Part shown: one piece after another, positions 1 to 9,075 of the stretch | Position numbering within the stretch: the stretch's first letter is position 1 | Layout: every line of letters begins with the position of its first letter | Source of the DNA: an uncultured Bacilli bacterium | Lineage (GTDB): Bacteria; Bacillota_I; Bacilli_A; RF39; UBA660 | Direction of reading: 5' to 3' | NCBI GenBank assembly: GCA_944364015.1 | Contig: CALVVX010000001.1 | Location: 6,357 to 70,356 of the forward strand | Length of the DNA stretch: 64,000 nt | Program-made: the position numbers and the translations under genes | Notes under the pieces: model-generated | What the model saw: the letters and a program-made list of their open reading frames with translations, nothing else | Databases searched by the model: none | Told to the model about the DNA's origin: nothing

Positions 1-30
1 ACGTATCATCATTTATAAAATATAACTCTT

Positions 31-64
31 CCATCGATCTTCCCCCCTTTCGATGGGTCTTATT
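31..64 (+). terminator. 7-bp hairpin (CCATCGA...TCGATGG) followed by GTCTTATT. Possible intrinsic terminator for a plus-strand gene ending left of the window.
   Basis: Inverted repeat read directly at 31-56 followed by a T-rich stretch. No U-tract on the minus strand, so unlikely to serve dnaN. Confidence 0.3.
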
Positions 65-146
65 AAAACACACAGACATGTCGAATTTTGTTGAAATTTG
101 TCGAAAGTAGCAAAAAAAAATTACTTTTTGTAATTTTTTAGATTAA

Positions 147-1262
147 TTAGTAAGTTTTTATCGGTAAAACTAATTGAATTAATGAAATATCATTATTAGA
201 TTTTAATATAATTGGACTACTATCATCGTTAATATAAAGTGATACTTTTTCTTGATTAAAACTCTTAATAGCATCTAACATATATTTAGAACTAAATGAA
301 ATAGAAACACTACCTTCACTATCTACATTTAATTTCTCTTCTACTTTACCTATTTCTGGTGAATTAGAAGAAATAATAAGCTCTCTATTAATAAGTTCTA
401 ATTTTATAGTATTTTTATCTTTATCAGAAGTAAGTAATGAAGCTCTATCAATCATTTCATATAAAGAATTTGAATCAATTTCAATTACAGTAGCAAAATT
501 ATTTGGAATAATAGATGAATTAGCAGGGTAAGTACCACTCAATAATCTTGATAGAAATAAAATATTTTTATATTTGAATAAAATTTTATTATTAAATAAA
601 TGTAACTCTAAATTCTCATCATCATCATCTACTATTTTTGATAATTCTAATAAATTCTTACCAGGAATAACAATATTAACAGATGAATCTAAATCTTTAT
701 CTATATTAATGACTTTTCTAGCTAAACGATATGAATCAGTTGCAATAACTTCAAGAGCATTATTATCTATTCTAAAATTAATTCCTGTTAATATAGGTCT
801 TGTCTCACTTTGAGCAGTAGCAAAAAATGTTTGATTAATAATTGTTTTAAATTCATCAGTATTTAAAATTATAGGTTCTTTAGTCTCTTCTAATTCTAAA
901 TTAGGAAATTCCTCTGGATTAATACCATTCAAATTAAATTCTGTATTAGAAGTAGAAACTATCATTTTAAATCCATCAATAACCTCAATAGTAATATCAG
1001 TATCAGGAAGTTTTCTAATAATTTCTACAATGTATTTTCCCCCAATTACTATACTTCCTAATTCTTTTATCTCACTAATATCTTTTTTATCAATAAAAGA
1101 TCTAACAGATATATCAGTATCGCTTGCAAATAAATATAATCCTTCCTCTTTCAAATCAAACTTAATACCTGTTAATATAGGAATTAAATTTCTAGTTGAA
1201 ATAGCTTTAGAAGTATGATTTAAGTTTTCTAATAAAATATTTCTCTTAATTATAAATTTCAT
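147..1262 (-). CDS. dnaN: DNA polymerase III beta sliding clamp
   Basis: The 371-aa product begins MKFIIKRNILLENLNHTSKAISTRNLIPILTGIKF, with beta-clamp family similarity throughout. It lies immediately downstream of dnaA. The start was moved to the internal ATG (SD AGGA upstream); the 36-codon extension in the ORF track is low-complexity and overlaps the DnaA-box/DUE region. Confidence 0.9.
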   Translation of the reverse strand: MKFIIKRNILLENLNHTSKAISTRNLIPILTGIKFDLKEEGLYLFASDTDISVRSFIDKKDISEIKELGSIVIGGKYIVEIIRKLPDTDITIEVIDGFKMIVSTSNTEFNLNGINPEEFPNLELEETKEPIILNTDEFKTIINQTFFATAQSETRPILTGINFRIDNNALEVIATDSYRLARKVINIDKDLDSSVNIVIPGKNLLELSKIVDDDDENLELHLFNNKILFKYKNILFLSRLLSGTYPANSSIIPNNFATVIEIDSNSLYEMIDRASLLTSDKDKNTIKLELINRELIISSNSPEIGKVEEKLNVDSEGSVSISFSSKYMLDAIKSFNQEKVSLYINDDSSPIILKSNNDISLIQLVLPIKTY

Positions 1263-1430
1263 TCTATTCCTTCTTTCTTTATTTATTATATATATATTAT
1301 TATTATTATACTGTGGAAACTGTGGAAAACTAACTCTAAGTCTTATAATATAAGGAAAAGTTTTCCACAAGCCTGTGGATAAAATTAAAAGTTATCCACA
1401 TTTATCCACAACTTTATGTGGATAAACTTG
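1263..1430. promoter_or_regulatory. oriC: oriC part 2 (dnaA-dnaN spacer): cluster of at least 7 DnaA boxes plus an AT-rich unwinding element
   Basis: TGTGGAAA x2 at about 1313-1329, TTTTCCACA at about 1361, TGTGGATAA at about 1374, TTATCCACA x2 at about 1392-1410 and TGTGGATAA at about 1418. Upstream is (TA/TTA)n at about 1281-1310, a DUE-like stretch. The layout matches the bipartite Firmicute oriC. Confidence 0.8.
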
Positions 1431-2775
1431 ATTTTAGTTCTTCAATTATTTGTTTTAATTGTTCATTTTTTTCTAATTCATCTTCTATTTTTTGATAAGC
1501 ACTAATGATTGTAGAATGATCTCTACCACCAAAGTATGTTCCTATTTTTGGAAACGATTCTGTTGTTAGTTTTCTACATAAATAAATAGCAACTTGTCTA
1601 GGATAATTGATTGTTTGATTTCTCTTTTTTCCTTTAATATCATCGATATTAACCTTAAAATAATCACATACTACTCTTTGTATACGATGAACATCGTTTT
1701 TATACACACTACGATCAATTAATTGATCTTTTAAAGCATCTACTGCTATATCTAGGCTAACAACACCTTTATTCATCATAAGAGCATAAGCAAATACTCT
1801 AGTAATTGCTCCTTCTAATTGTCTAACATCAGAATCAAAACTATTAGCAATGTATTCAATAACATCTTCTGGTACATCTTGAGCAGCTTCTTGATGAGAT
1901 ATTTTTTTCTTAATAATATTAACTCGAAGTTCAAAATCAGGAGGAGTAATATTAGCAGTAAGCCCCCAGTTAAAACGTGTAAGTAATCTATTTTCTAACA
2001 TTTTTAAATCATCAACGGATCTATCAGAAGCAATAATAATTTGTTTATTAGAATTATATAATTCATTAAAAGTATGGAAAAATTCCTCTTGTCCTTTAGT
2101 AGCAGTACCTAAAAATTGAATATCATCAATAATCAAAACATCAATATTTCTATATCTATTTTTGAAATTATCAATTTTTTCAAAACTATTTTTATCATTA
2201 TTTCTAACAGCATTGATAAAATCATTAACAAATTTATCAGATGAAATATATAAAACTTTTTTATTAGAATTTTCTAAAATATAATTACCAATAGCCTGCA
2301 TTAAATGTGTTTTTCCTAAACCACTTTTACTATATAAAAATAATGGATTATAAGCCTTACCAGGTTTTTCCGCTACTGCTCTAGCGGCCACAAATGCAAA
2401 TTTATTACTGCTACCTACTATGAAATTATCAAAAGTATAATTTGGATTTAAATTAGCATCTACTGCACTTTGATAAGGAACACCTGCTTGAATATCTTGA
2501 GTAATATTATTTTCTTTATCAGATACTTCACTTTCTAACTTAAATACAAAATTAAAATTAGTACCAGTTAGAGAGTTGAATATTTTTTCCATTAAATCTT
2601 TATAATTTTCTGTCAAATGTTTAATATGTAATTGCATAGGAACAACCACAATAGCATTTGTATCAGTTAAATCATGAAGTTTAGTGTCTTTAAACCAAGT
2701 TTCAAACGATAAAGAGGATACTTGCTCTTTTATCATTTCCAAAAAATTATTCCATAAAGTATCGGTATTCATCAT
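1414..2775 (-). CDS. dnaA: Chromosomal replication initiator DnaA
   Basis: 453 aa with AAA+ Walker A GLGKTHLMQAIGN, DnaA sensor motifs and a C-terminal DNA-binding domain. Canonical position next to dnaN. Confidence 0.95.
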   Translation of the reverse strand: MMNTDTLWNNFLEMIKEQVSSLSFETWFKDTKLHDLTDTNAIVVVPMQLHIKHLTENYKDLMEKIFNSLTGTNFNFVFKLESEVSDKENNITQDIQAGVPYQSAVDANLNPNYTFDNFIVGSSNKFAFVAARAVAEKPGKAYNPLFLYSKSGLGKTHLMQAIGNYILENSNKKVLYISSDKFVNDFINAVRNNDKNSFEKIDNFKNRYRNIDVLIIDDIQFLGTATKGQEEFFHTFNELYNSNKQIIIASDRSVDDLKMLENRLLTRFNWGLTANITPPDFELRVNIIKKKISHQEAAQDVPEDVIEYIANSFDSDVRQLEGAITRVFAYALMMNKGVVSLDIAVDALKDQLIDRSVYKNDVHRIQRVVCDYFKVNIDDIKGKKRNQTINYPRQVAIYLCRKLTTESFPKIGTYFGGRDHSTIISAYQKIEDELEKNEQLKQIIEELKSSLST

Positions 2776-2789
2776 ATCCTCCTTTCGTA

Positions 2790-3067
2790 ATTACTATTTT
2801 AACACATATTGTGGAAAAAAACGACATAAAATTACATTTTTTTTACTTTTCAACATAGTTTTCCACAAGTTTTCCACAGCTTATCCACAAGCTAAAGCCT
2901 TATATTTCCTAATAAAAACCGACTTTTCCACAGAATGTGTGGATTTTTACTTTCCACAGGCAAAATATTGAGTTTTCCACAGGCTGTTGAAACTGTTGAT
3001 AAAAAATAAAAACCCTTTATTTATAAGGGCTAGATAAAAAAAGTTTTCCACATAACTTGTGGAAATA
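2790..3067. promoter_or_regulatory. oriC: oriC part 1: cluster of about 10 DnaA boxes upstream of dnaA (also the dnaA promoter region)
   Basis: Repeated TTTTCCACA / TTATCCACA / TGTGGAAA(T) 9-mers at about 2810, 2858, 2870, 2881, 2924, 2951, 2974, 3044 and 3058. Confidence 0.8.
3005..3036 (-). terminator. Intrinsic terminator for the HerA-like gene, located inside the DnaA-box cluster
   Basis: On the minus strand the sequence is CCCTTATAAATAAAGGG followed by TTTTTATTTTTT. The palindrome lies about 35 nt downstream of the stop at 3068. Confidence 0.5.
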
Positions 3068-4816
3068 CTATTTTAATTCAACCATCCATTTATCATATAT
3101 AGAAGCATTAGTACTACTAGGCTCTGGATTAGGAAGTTCCATTCTAACAATCATAGGAATTTTCATCATTCTACCAAAAGCAACACATATACCAGATTGT
3201 AAAGCTTTTTGCTTTTCGATAACATCTGCACTAATATTTGGTACCATTTTTCTAATATATTCTAAATCGGTTGGATGATTAATTTTAAATATCAAAAAGT
3301 TACTACATTGAGAAATAACAGTTTCTGATAATTCAGTAGGTCTTTGGGTAATTAAGTCTAAAACTAAACCAAATTTACGTCCTTCTTTAGCAATTCTTTC
3401 AAAAATATTATAACCAAGAATTTCATTATCAAAATCTTTTTGAACATATCTATGAGCTTCTTCTAACATAATATGAATAGGCATTGAACCACGATCAGGC
3501 ATTTGTTTTGAAAACTTAAATAATAATCTTGAATAAATTTTAACCAAAGTTTTTGCAAATCTATCATCAACATCTTCTAAAACAAAATTAATTATTTGAG
3601 CTCTTTTATTATTTTCATAAGCAATAATATCATATATAAATTGATTTAGATCTACAAAGTTATCATATTTAAAAAATCTTGAATTAGAACTATTATTTAA
3701 AGTATGTAACCTAACCTTTAATGCAGTAGCCTCAGTATACGATTTTTCATTTAATAAAAGTCCTTCAGAAATTAAAGCAAAGTTAAGTGCCACTTCTAAA
3801 TCATCTAAATTAAAATATATAGGTACATAATCTTCATTCCATTTAGTTTCATTATCAACAAATTTTTGAATATATTCTGCAATTAAAATACGTTCTACAA
3901 ATTCTCCTTGACTATCAATATCAAAACATTTTCTAAATTGACGAGTATATCCAACACCAGGAACTTCAACATCTAAATTTAAATCTTCTGTATTACAATC
4001 TGTTAAAATAGAAAATATTTGATCCCTTATCCTAGCGGATACTTGATTAGTATACATAACAGAAATAATTGCTTTAGCTATTAAGTGATTTTTATATCTT
4101 TTAGTCTCTTCATCATCTCTAGCAAAAACTGAAACATAACTTAACATTTTTTCTATAACCATTAATTGTGAATAGCTAGTAACATCTAATAAATTAGCAT
4201 AATCATCAACATTAAGTAGCCAAAGTGGTAATTTAACTATATTATAATCAGTATCACCACTTGTAGTATACATCTTATAGTTAAAATTTGCATTATAAGT
4301 ATTAATACTACGAAAAGCATTATCATATTCACTGGTATTATTAAAAATAAATATATTACTATTAAAAGGTATTTTATCTTTCATATTAAATAAATTTTGT
4401 ACTAATCTAGCAACGCCATATGTTTTACCAGAACCAGTATTACCAAAAATAGCACTGTGATTTGAAAACATATCGTCAATATTAATCTTAATTGGATAAT
4501 TATATAAAGGAGAAATACCTAAAGTCATACTTTTAGGATCATTATCTCCCACTATTTCGGCTAGTTCTTCAGTATTAATAATCCTAATCTTCGCAGTCAA
4601 ACTAGGTTTACGAATAATACCACTATAAAATTTACCATTAATAAATTCTCCTAAAAAAGTAATTTTAATGTTCTCTCCATCAACTTCTTCAATTTCTCCT
4701 AATATTTTTTTATCATCTTCAAAAACAACATTAAAATTAAGAAGATCTTCACTAACTACACCTGCAATCTTAACTAAAGCATAATTTTTACTAATTGAAA
4801 TTATTTTTTCAAACAT
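3068..4816 (-). CDS. HerA/FtsK-superfamily (DUF87-like) P-loop ATPase with an N-terminal barrel domain
   Basis: Walker A GNTGSGKTYG, Walker B/DEAH-like IMLEEAHRYV, and a downstream ITQRPTEL...ISQCSNFLIFKINHPTD block typical of HerA-clade ATPases. The N-terminal roughly 90 aa has a HAS-barrel-like pattern. Start set to the third ATG (SD AGAGGG 6 nt upstream). Confidence 0.6.
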   Translation of the reverse strand: MFEKIISISKNYALVKIAGVVSEDLLNFNVVFEDDKKILGEIEEVDGENIKITFLGEFINGKFYSGIIRKPSLTAKIRIINTEELAEIVGDNDPKSMTLGISPLYNYPIKINIDDMFSNHSAIFGNTGSGKTYGVARLVQNLFNMKDKIPFNSNIFIFNNTSEYDNAFRSINTYNANFNYKMYTTSGDTDYNIVKLPLWLLNVDDYANLLDVTSYSQLMVIEKMLSYVSVFARDDEETKRYKNHLIAKAIISVMYTNQVSARIRDQIFSILTDCNTEDLNLDVEVPGVGYTRQFRKCFDIDSQGEFVERILIAEYIQKFVDNETKWNEDYVPIYFNLDDLEVALNFALISEGLLLNEKSYTEATALKVRLHTLNNSSNSRFFKYDNFVDLNQFIYDIIAYENNKRAQIINFVLEDVDDRFAKTLVKIYSRLLFKFSKQMPDRGSMPIHIMLEEAHRYVQKDFDNEILGYNIFERIAKEGRKFGLVLDLITQRPTELSETVISQCSNFLIFKINHPTDLEYIRKMVPNISADVIEKQKALQSGICVAFGRMMKIPMIVRMELPNPEPSSTNASIYDKWMVELK

Positions 4817-4886
4817 ACACATCCCTCTATTCTAAAAAAATTATATCAAAAAAAAATAAAAAAAACAATTAATTATTCAAAAAATA

Positions 4887-4915
4887 TTGACATAACAAAA
4901 TAAAGCATTTATAAT
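4887..4915 (+). promoter_or_regulatory. Sigma-A-type promoter for rpmH-rnpA (TTGACA, 17-nt spacer, TATAAT)
   Basis: Perfect consensus hexamers with a 17-nt spacer, about 35 nt upstream of the rpmH start. Confidence 0.6.
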
Positions 4916-4949
4916 AAAATAGCATTTTACTTTGGAGGTGTAATAATAA

Positions 4950-5084
4950 ATGAAAAGAACTTATCAACCAAATAATCGAAAAAAAGCTAAAAAACATGGT
5001 TTCTTTGCAAGAAAAGAAGGAAATGTATTAAATAAAAGAAGAGCTAAAAAAAGAAAAAGATTATGTTCTGTTAAGAAAAAATAA
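4950..5084 (+). CDS. rpmH: 50S ribosomal protein L34
   Basis: The 44-aa product MKRTYQPNNRKKAKKHGFFARKEGNVLNKRRAKKRKRLCSVKKK is too short for the ORF track. The SD GGAGGTG is 9 nt upstream. A weak hairpin ACCGAC/GUUGGU plus U-tract follows at 5088-5115. Confidence 0.92.
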   Translation: MKRTYQPNNRKKAKKHGFFARKEGNVLNKRRAKKRKRLCSVKKK

Positions 5085-5126
5085 TAAACCGACTAAAAAG
5101 TTGGTATTTTTTGTTCTGGAGGCAAT

Positions 5127-5465
5127 ATGAAAAAAAAAGAAATATTAAAAAAAAATGAAGATTTTGCTACTATAATAAATCAAGGAAAAAAAGAAAAGAA
5201 TGAATATTATAGTATTTTTTACAAAAAAAGTCCAACTAATTTATTTGGAATAAGTATACCTACTAAAACAGGTAAAGCAGTAATTAGAAATAAAATAAAA
5301 AGACAAATAAAAAATATAATAGATAATAATAAAAAATATATACAAACAACTTATGACTATGTTATAATAGTAAAAAGATCCATCATAGATTTAACATATA
5401 AACAAAAAGAAGAACAATTAATGAAATTAATGCATAAGATAGGAGAAAATAATGAAAAAAGGTAG
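5127..5465 (+). CDS. rnpA: RNase P protein component
   Basis: Small basic protein immediately after rpmH, the canonical arrangement. SD GGAGG. Confidence 0.85.
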   Translation: MKKKEILKKNEDFATIINQGKKEKNEYYSIFYKKSPTNLFGISIPTKTGKAVIRNKIKRQIKNIIDNNKKYIQTTYDYVIIVKRSIIDLTYKQKEEQLMKLMHKIGENNEKR

Positions 5466-6363
5466 AAAAATAATAATATTAGTACTAATGGTATTTTTAA
5501 TAACAGGGTGTACAAAAAACTTAAAAGATGAAAATAATAATGTTATTACAAATAAAGAAACAGGTCAAGCAATAACAGAAAATATTATATGTCAACCAAC
5601 AGAAGAAGATGTAAGAAACATATATATAGAAAATGGTGTAGATTTAGATAAATTACCAGTATGTAAAAATTTTACACCACTAGATAATTATGAAGGAATA
5701 TGGACTAGTTTTTTTGTAAAACCATTATCATGGGTAATAATTCAAATAGGATTAATTGTTAAAAATTATGGTTTAGCAATAATTATAACAGCATTATTAA
5801 TTAGATTAATATTAATGCCTATAACAGGTAAAACTGCAATGCAATCAGAAAATATGAAAAAAGCTCAACCAGAAATACAAAAGCTAGAAAAAAAATACAA
5901 AGGAAAAGATTCACAAGAAGATCAAATGAGAAAAGCTCAAGAAATGCTTTTAATATATAAAAAATTTGAAATAAATCCTGTATCAGGTTGCTTATTAGCA
6001 ATAATTCAAATGCCACTGTTGTTTGCTTTTTTAGAAGCAATAAATAGAACACCTGCAATATTTGAAGGAGAGTTTTTAGGACTACAAATGGCTACTACTA
6101 CACTATCAGGTATTCAACATGGTAACTATTGGTATATATTATTTATAATAATAATATTAGGAACAACTTACTTTTCATTTAGAAAAACTTTAAAAGATCA
6201 ATCAATGATGCAAAAACAAATGAAATTTACAATATATTTTATGTTAGTCTTAATTTTAATTGCTTCACTAACTCTACCAACAGCACTTGGTATATATTGG
6301 ATTACTTCAAGTTTATTTACAATTGGACAAAACCTATGGGTAGAAAGAAAGAAGGCTAAATAA
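5452..6363 (+). CDS. yidC: Membrane protein insertase YidC/Oxa1 (lipoprotein type)
   Basis: Signal peptide with lipobox LITGC, a multi-TM 60-kDa inner membrane protein domain, and canonical rpmH-rnpA-yidC-jag synteny. Confidence 0.85.
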   Translation: MKKGRKIIILVLMVFLITGCTKNLKDENNNVITNKETGQAITENIICQPTEEDVRNIYIENGVDLDKLPVCKNFTPLDNYEGIWTSFFVKPLSWVIIQIGLIVKNYGLAIIITALLIRLILMPITGKTAMQSENMKKAQPEIQKLEKKYKGKDSQEDQMRKAQEMLLIYKKFEINPVSGCLLAIIQMPLLFAFLEAINRTPAIFEGEFLGLQMATTTLSGIQHGNYWYILFIIIILGTTYFSFRKTLKDQSMMQKQMKFTIYFMLVLILIASLTLPTALGIYWITSSLFTIGQNLWVERKKAK

Positions 6364-6965
6364 TGAAAAAATATATTTATGAAGAAAAAAATTTAGAACT
6401 AGCCAAAGAAAAAGCTTTATATGAATTAGGATTAAGTAGTGATAAAATAATAATAAATGATATAACAGAAAAAAATGGATTATTAAAAAAGACTGTATCA
6501 ATTGAAGTAATAACAATTCAAGATGTAATATCATATATAAAAAGCACTTTATTAGAAATATTAGATTTAATGAATATAAAAGCTAATTTAGAAACAAAAG
6601 TAAGAGAAAATAGAATAGAAATAAAAATATTTTCTGATAATAATGCCATATTAATAGGAAAAAATGGAAAAAATATGCAAGCATTACAAACAATTATAAG
6701 ACAAATACTTAAAAAAGATATAAAAGAAAAAATACATTTAATAATAGATGTAGAAAACTATAAAGAAAAAAGAATTAGAAATTTAGAAATACTTGCTAAA
6801 AAAACAGCACGAGAAGTTGCCAAAACAAAAGTAGAAACAAAATTAGATAGTATGAATTCATATGAAAGAAGAATTATACATAACATATTAAATGACAACA
6901 AATATGTATATACTGAAAGTATGGGAGAAGAGCCAAACCGTTATGTAGTAATAAAACCAAGATAG
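6363..6965 (+). CDS. jag: RNA-binding protein Jag/KhpB (KH + R3H domains)
   Basis: Position after yidC and a C-terminal R3H-like segment (RRIIHNILNDNKYVYTESMGEEPNRYVVI). Confidence 0.8.
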   Translation: MKKYIYEEKNLELAKEKALYELGLSSDKIIINDITEKNGLLKKTVSIEVITIQDVISYIKSTLLEILDLMNIKANLETKVRENRIEIKIFSDNNAILIGKNGKNMQALQTIIRQILKKDIKEKIHLIIDVENYKEKRIRNLEILAKKTAREVAKTKVETKLDSMNSYERRIIHNILNDNKYVYTESMGEEPNRYVVIKPR

Positions 6966-6992
6966 TATGAGTTCATACTATTTTTTAGTGTA
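6964..6992 (+). terminator. Intrinsic terminator after jag
   Basis: Hairpin AGTATGAGTTCATACT followed by ATTTTTTAG. Confidence 0.55.
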
Positions 6993-7020
6993 AAGTATGT
7001 ATAAAACAGTTAAAAAGTAA

Positions 7021-7049
7021 TTGACTTAATATAACTAAATTAATATAAT
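7021..7049 (+). promoter_or_regulatory. Sigma-A-type promoter (TTGACT, 17-nt spacer, TATAAT) for the MscS gene
   Basis: Consensus hexamers with a 17-nt spacer. SD AAGGAGGG at 7058-7065. Confidence 0.5.
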
Positions 7050-7073
7050 ACCAATACCAAAAGGAGGGATATT

Positions 7074-7946
7074 ATGTATAAAGTAAAACAAATAAGTAGT
7101 TTTTTAAGTGATATAACTACAGTTAATGAAATATATATCTATTTATTTATTAGAACAATAATATTCTTATTTATTGTATTTATATTAAAGCAAATATCTC
7201 TAAAAATAATAAAAAAAATAAAAGATAGTAAAAAAGAATACATATATAGTCAAAGAGTAAGAGTAATTTCTGCAATATTAAAAACATTAATAATAATATT
7301 TGTGTGGGCAGATTATATAAAAAATATCCTAACATTAATAACCTTTATATCAGCAGCCTTTACAATTGCTTTAAGAGAATTTATATTTAACTTTTTCGCA
7401 GGTCTATACATAAAAATTAAAAAACCAATCTCACTTGAAGATAGAATAGAAATTGATGGAATAAAGGGTGATGTAGTTAATATAAAAATGATGAATTTTG
7501 AAGTATTAGAAGTAGATGAAGATACAAAAAGAGGACAAAGTACAGGAATAATAATAAATTTTCCTAATACTACAATTTTTAGAGAACCATTAAAAAACTA
7601 TTCAAAAGCTTTCAAATATATATGGGATGAAATAATAGTAAAAGTACCTCTTGATAGTGATATAGCTAAAGCAAAAGGAGTATTATACAAAATAATAAAT
7701 AATAATGAGATAATAAAAACTATACCAAATAAAATGAAAAAACAATTACAAACAATTAATACAGAATATAGAATATATTATAATCAATACGAACCAGTAA
7801 TATACACAGAAGTTGTGGATAACTGCATTGAATTACAAATAAGATATCTAATACATCCAAAAAAAGCTAGATTTGTTGCATCAACAATATGGAACAAAAT
7901 ATTAGAAGCATATAAAAATAAAGAATTAGAACTATATAAAAGCTAA
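7074..7946 (+). CDS. Small-conductance mechanosensitive channel (MscS family)
   Basis: N-terminal TM helices followed by an MscS beta-domain pattern (AFTIALREFIFNFFAGLYIKIKKPISLEDRIEIDGIKGDVVNIKMMNFEVLEVD). Confidence 0.65.
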   Translation: MYKVKQISSFLSDITTVNEIYIYLFIRTIIFLFIVFILKQISLKIIKKIKDSKKEYIYSQRVRVISAILKTLIIIFVWADYIKNILTLITFISAAFTIALREFIFNFFAGLYIKIKKPISLEDRIEIDGIKGDVVNIKMMNFEVLEVDEDTKRGQSTGIIINFPNTTIFREPLKNYSKAFKYIWDEIIVKVPLDSDIAKAKGVLYKIINNNEIIKTIPNKMKKQLQTINTEYRIYYNQYEPVIYTEVVDNCIELQIRYLIHPKKARFVASTIWNKILEAYKNKELELYKS

Positions 7947-9010
7947 TTCTTAAAATCATTTAAACAATAATTAACATTTTCATTCCAAAAAATTTCATGT
8001 ATTTTGCTAATCTTTTCACTAGTAAAATCAAACAAACTTTGAAATTCTATCTCTCCCCTTTTACTCAAAACAATTAAAATATAAGGATTTTCATCAAACT
8101 TAATTGTCATATCATGAATAGAAGTATTAGCCCAACCAGACTTATGTGCCATAATAAGTCCATCTTTTGGAATAAAATTATATTTCGCAGTAGTAAAAAC
8201 ACTCATAATTTCTTTACCATAATCATTTTCTAAAGAAAAATCATATAGATATTTCATAATTTTAACAGCATCAGTTGCATTAATACTAGAAAATAAAACA
8301 TTATTTTCATAAATAGAATTAACGTTTAACTTATTCCAAAAATCTTTAACATCATTTATATCAAAACGACTAGCAAGCATTTTATAAGCAATATTATCAC
8401 TTTCTACAATTGCATAATAACATAAATCCTTAATAGAATAAACTTTACCAAACTCTTCATTTTGAATAATACCAGAACCACCAGTATAAAAATCTTTAGT
8501 ATAAGTCATTTTCTCATCTAAATTAACATTATTTAAACTAGCCTCTTTATAAATATAAATAACAAATGGTGCTTTTAATACAGAAGCTCCATATATTTTT
8601 TGATCTTTATTATACGAAACAGAAAAACCAGTATTCAAGTCAAAATAGTAAAAAGCAAAATTATTTGAATCACTATTATAATAATTTTCTAATTCCGTAA
8701 CTAAATAATTAATATCTGAATTATTCTTCACTTCAGTGGACATATAAGAATGTAAACAATTAGAAAAATCGACAATTTTTTGATCTAAATTATTATTATT
8801 ATAATACTTTTGTAATTCATAATTTTCTTCATAATTTACTAAAGCATTATTATCAAGTTTATTCTCATTAACAGTTAAAGTAGAATTATCTTTCTTATCA
8901 ATAACACTTGCCATAACTTTATAAGAAACAAAACAAGTAAAAACCATAATTACAATAAGACAACAATATCGAATAAAAAAACTTCTGTTCACATCTGCCA
9001 CTCCTATCAT
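7943..9010 (-). CDS. Membrane-anchored class-A beta-lactamase-fold serine hydrolase
   Basis: N-terminal TM anchor, an SxxK motif (SVLK), an SDN motif (ESDN) and a K[ST]G motif (HKSGW), spaced roughly as in class A enzymes. Confidence 0.5.
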   Translation of the reverse strand: MIGVADVNRSFFIRYCCLIVIMVFTCFVSYKVMASVIDKKDNSTLTVNENKLDNNALVNYEENYELQKYYNNNNLDQKIVDFSNCLHSYMSTEVKNNSDINYLVTELENYYNSDSNNFAFYYFDLNTGFSVSYNKDQKIYGASVLKAPFVIYIYKEASLNNVNLDEKMTYTKDFYTGGSGIIQNEEFGKVYSIKDLCYYAIVESDNIAYKMLASRFDINDVKDFWNKLNVNSIYENNVLFSSINATDAVKIMKYLYDFSLENDYGKEIMSVFTTAKYNFIPKDGLIMAHKSGWANTSIHDMTIKFDENPYILIVLSKRGEIEFQSLFDFTSEKISKIHEIFWNENVNYCLNDFKN

Positions 9011-9042
9011 AAAAATTATATCACATTAAAAATCAATAATCA

Positions 9043-9075
9043 ATTATAAAAAAAGAATAAGATAACTTATTCTAC
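9043..9075 (-). terminator. Intrinsic terminator overlapping the stop of the FtsX-like gene
   Basis: 8-bp stem AGAATAAG/CTTATTCT with a 4-nt loop. On the minus strand it is followed by a U7 tract. Confidence 0.45.

Noticed and set aside
78-110. Short direct repeat TGTCGAA...TGTCGAA downstream of dnaN
   Set aside because: Only 7 nt, occurring twice, consistent with chance in AT-rich DNA. No associated hairpin or known motif.
1263-1370. The 36-codon N-terminal extension of the dnaN ORF in the track (MWKTFPYIIRLRVSFPQFPQYNNNNIYIINKERRNR)
   Set aside because: It translates the DnaA boxes and DUE of oriC. The real start with SD is the ATG at 1262, and the beta-clamp alignment begins there.
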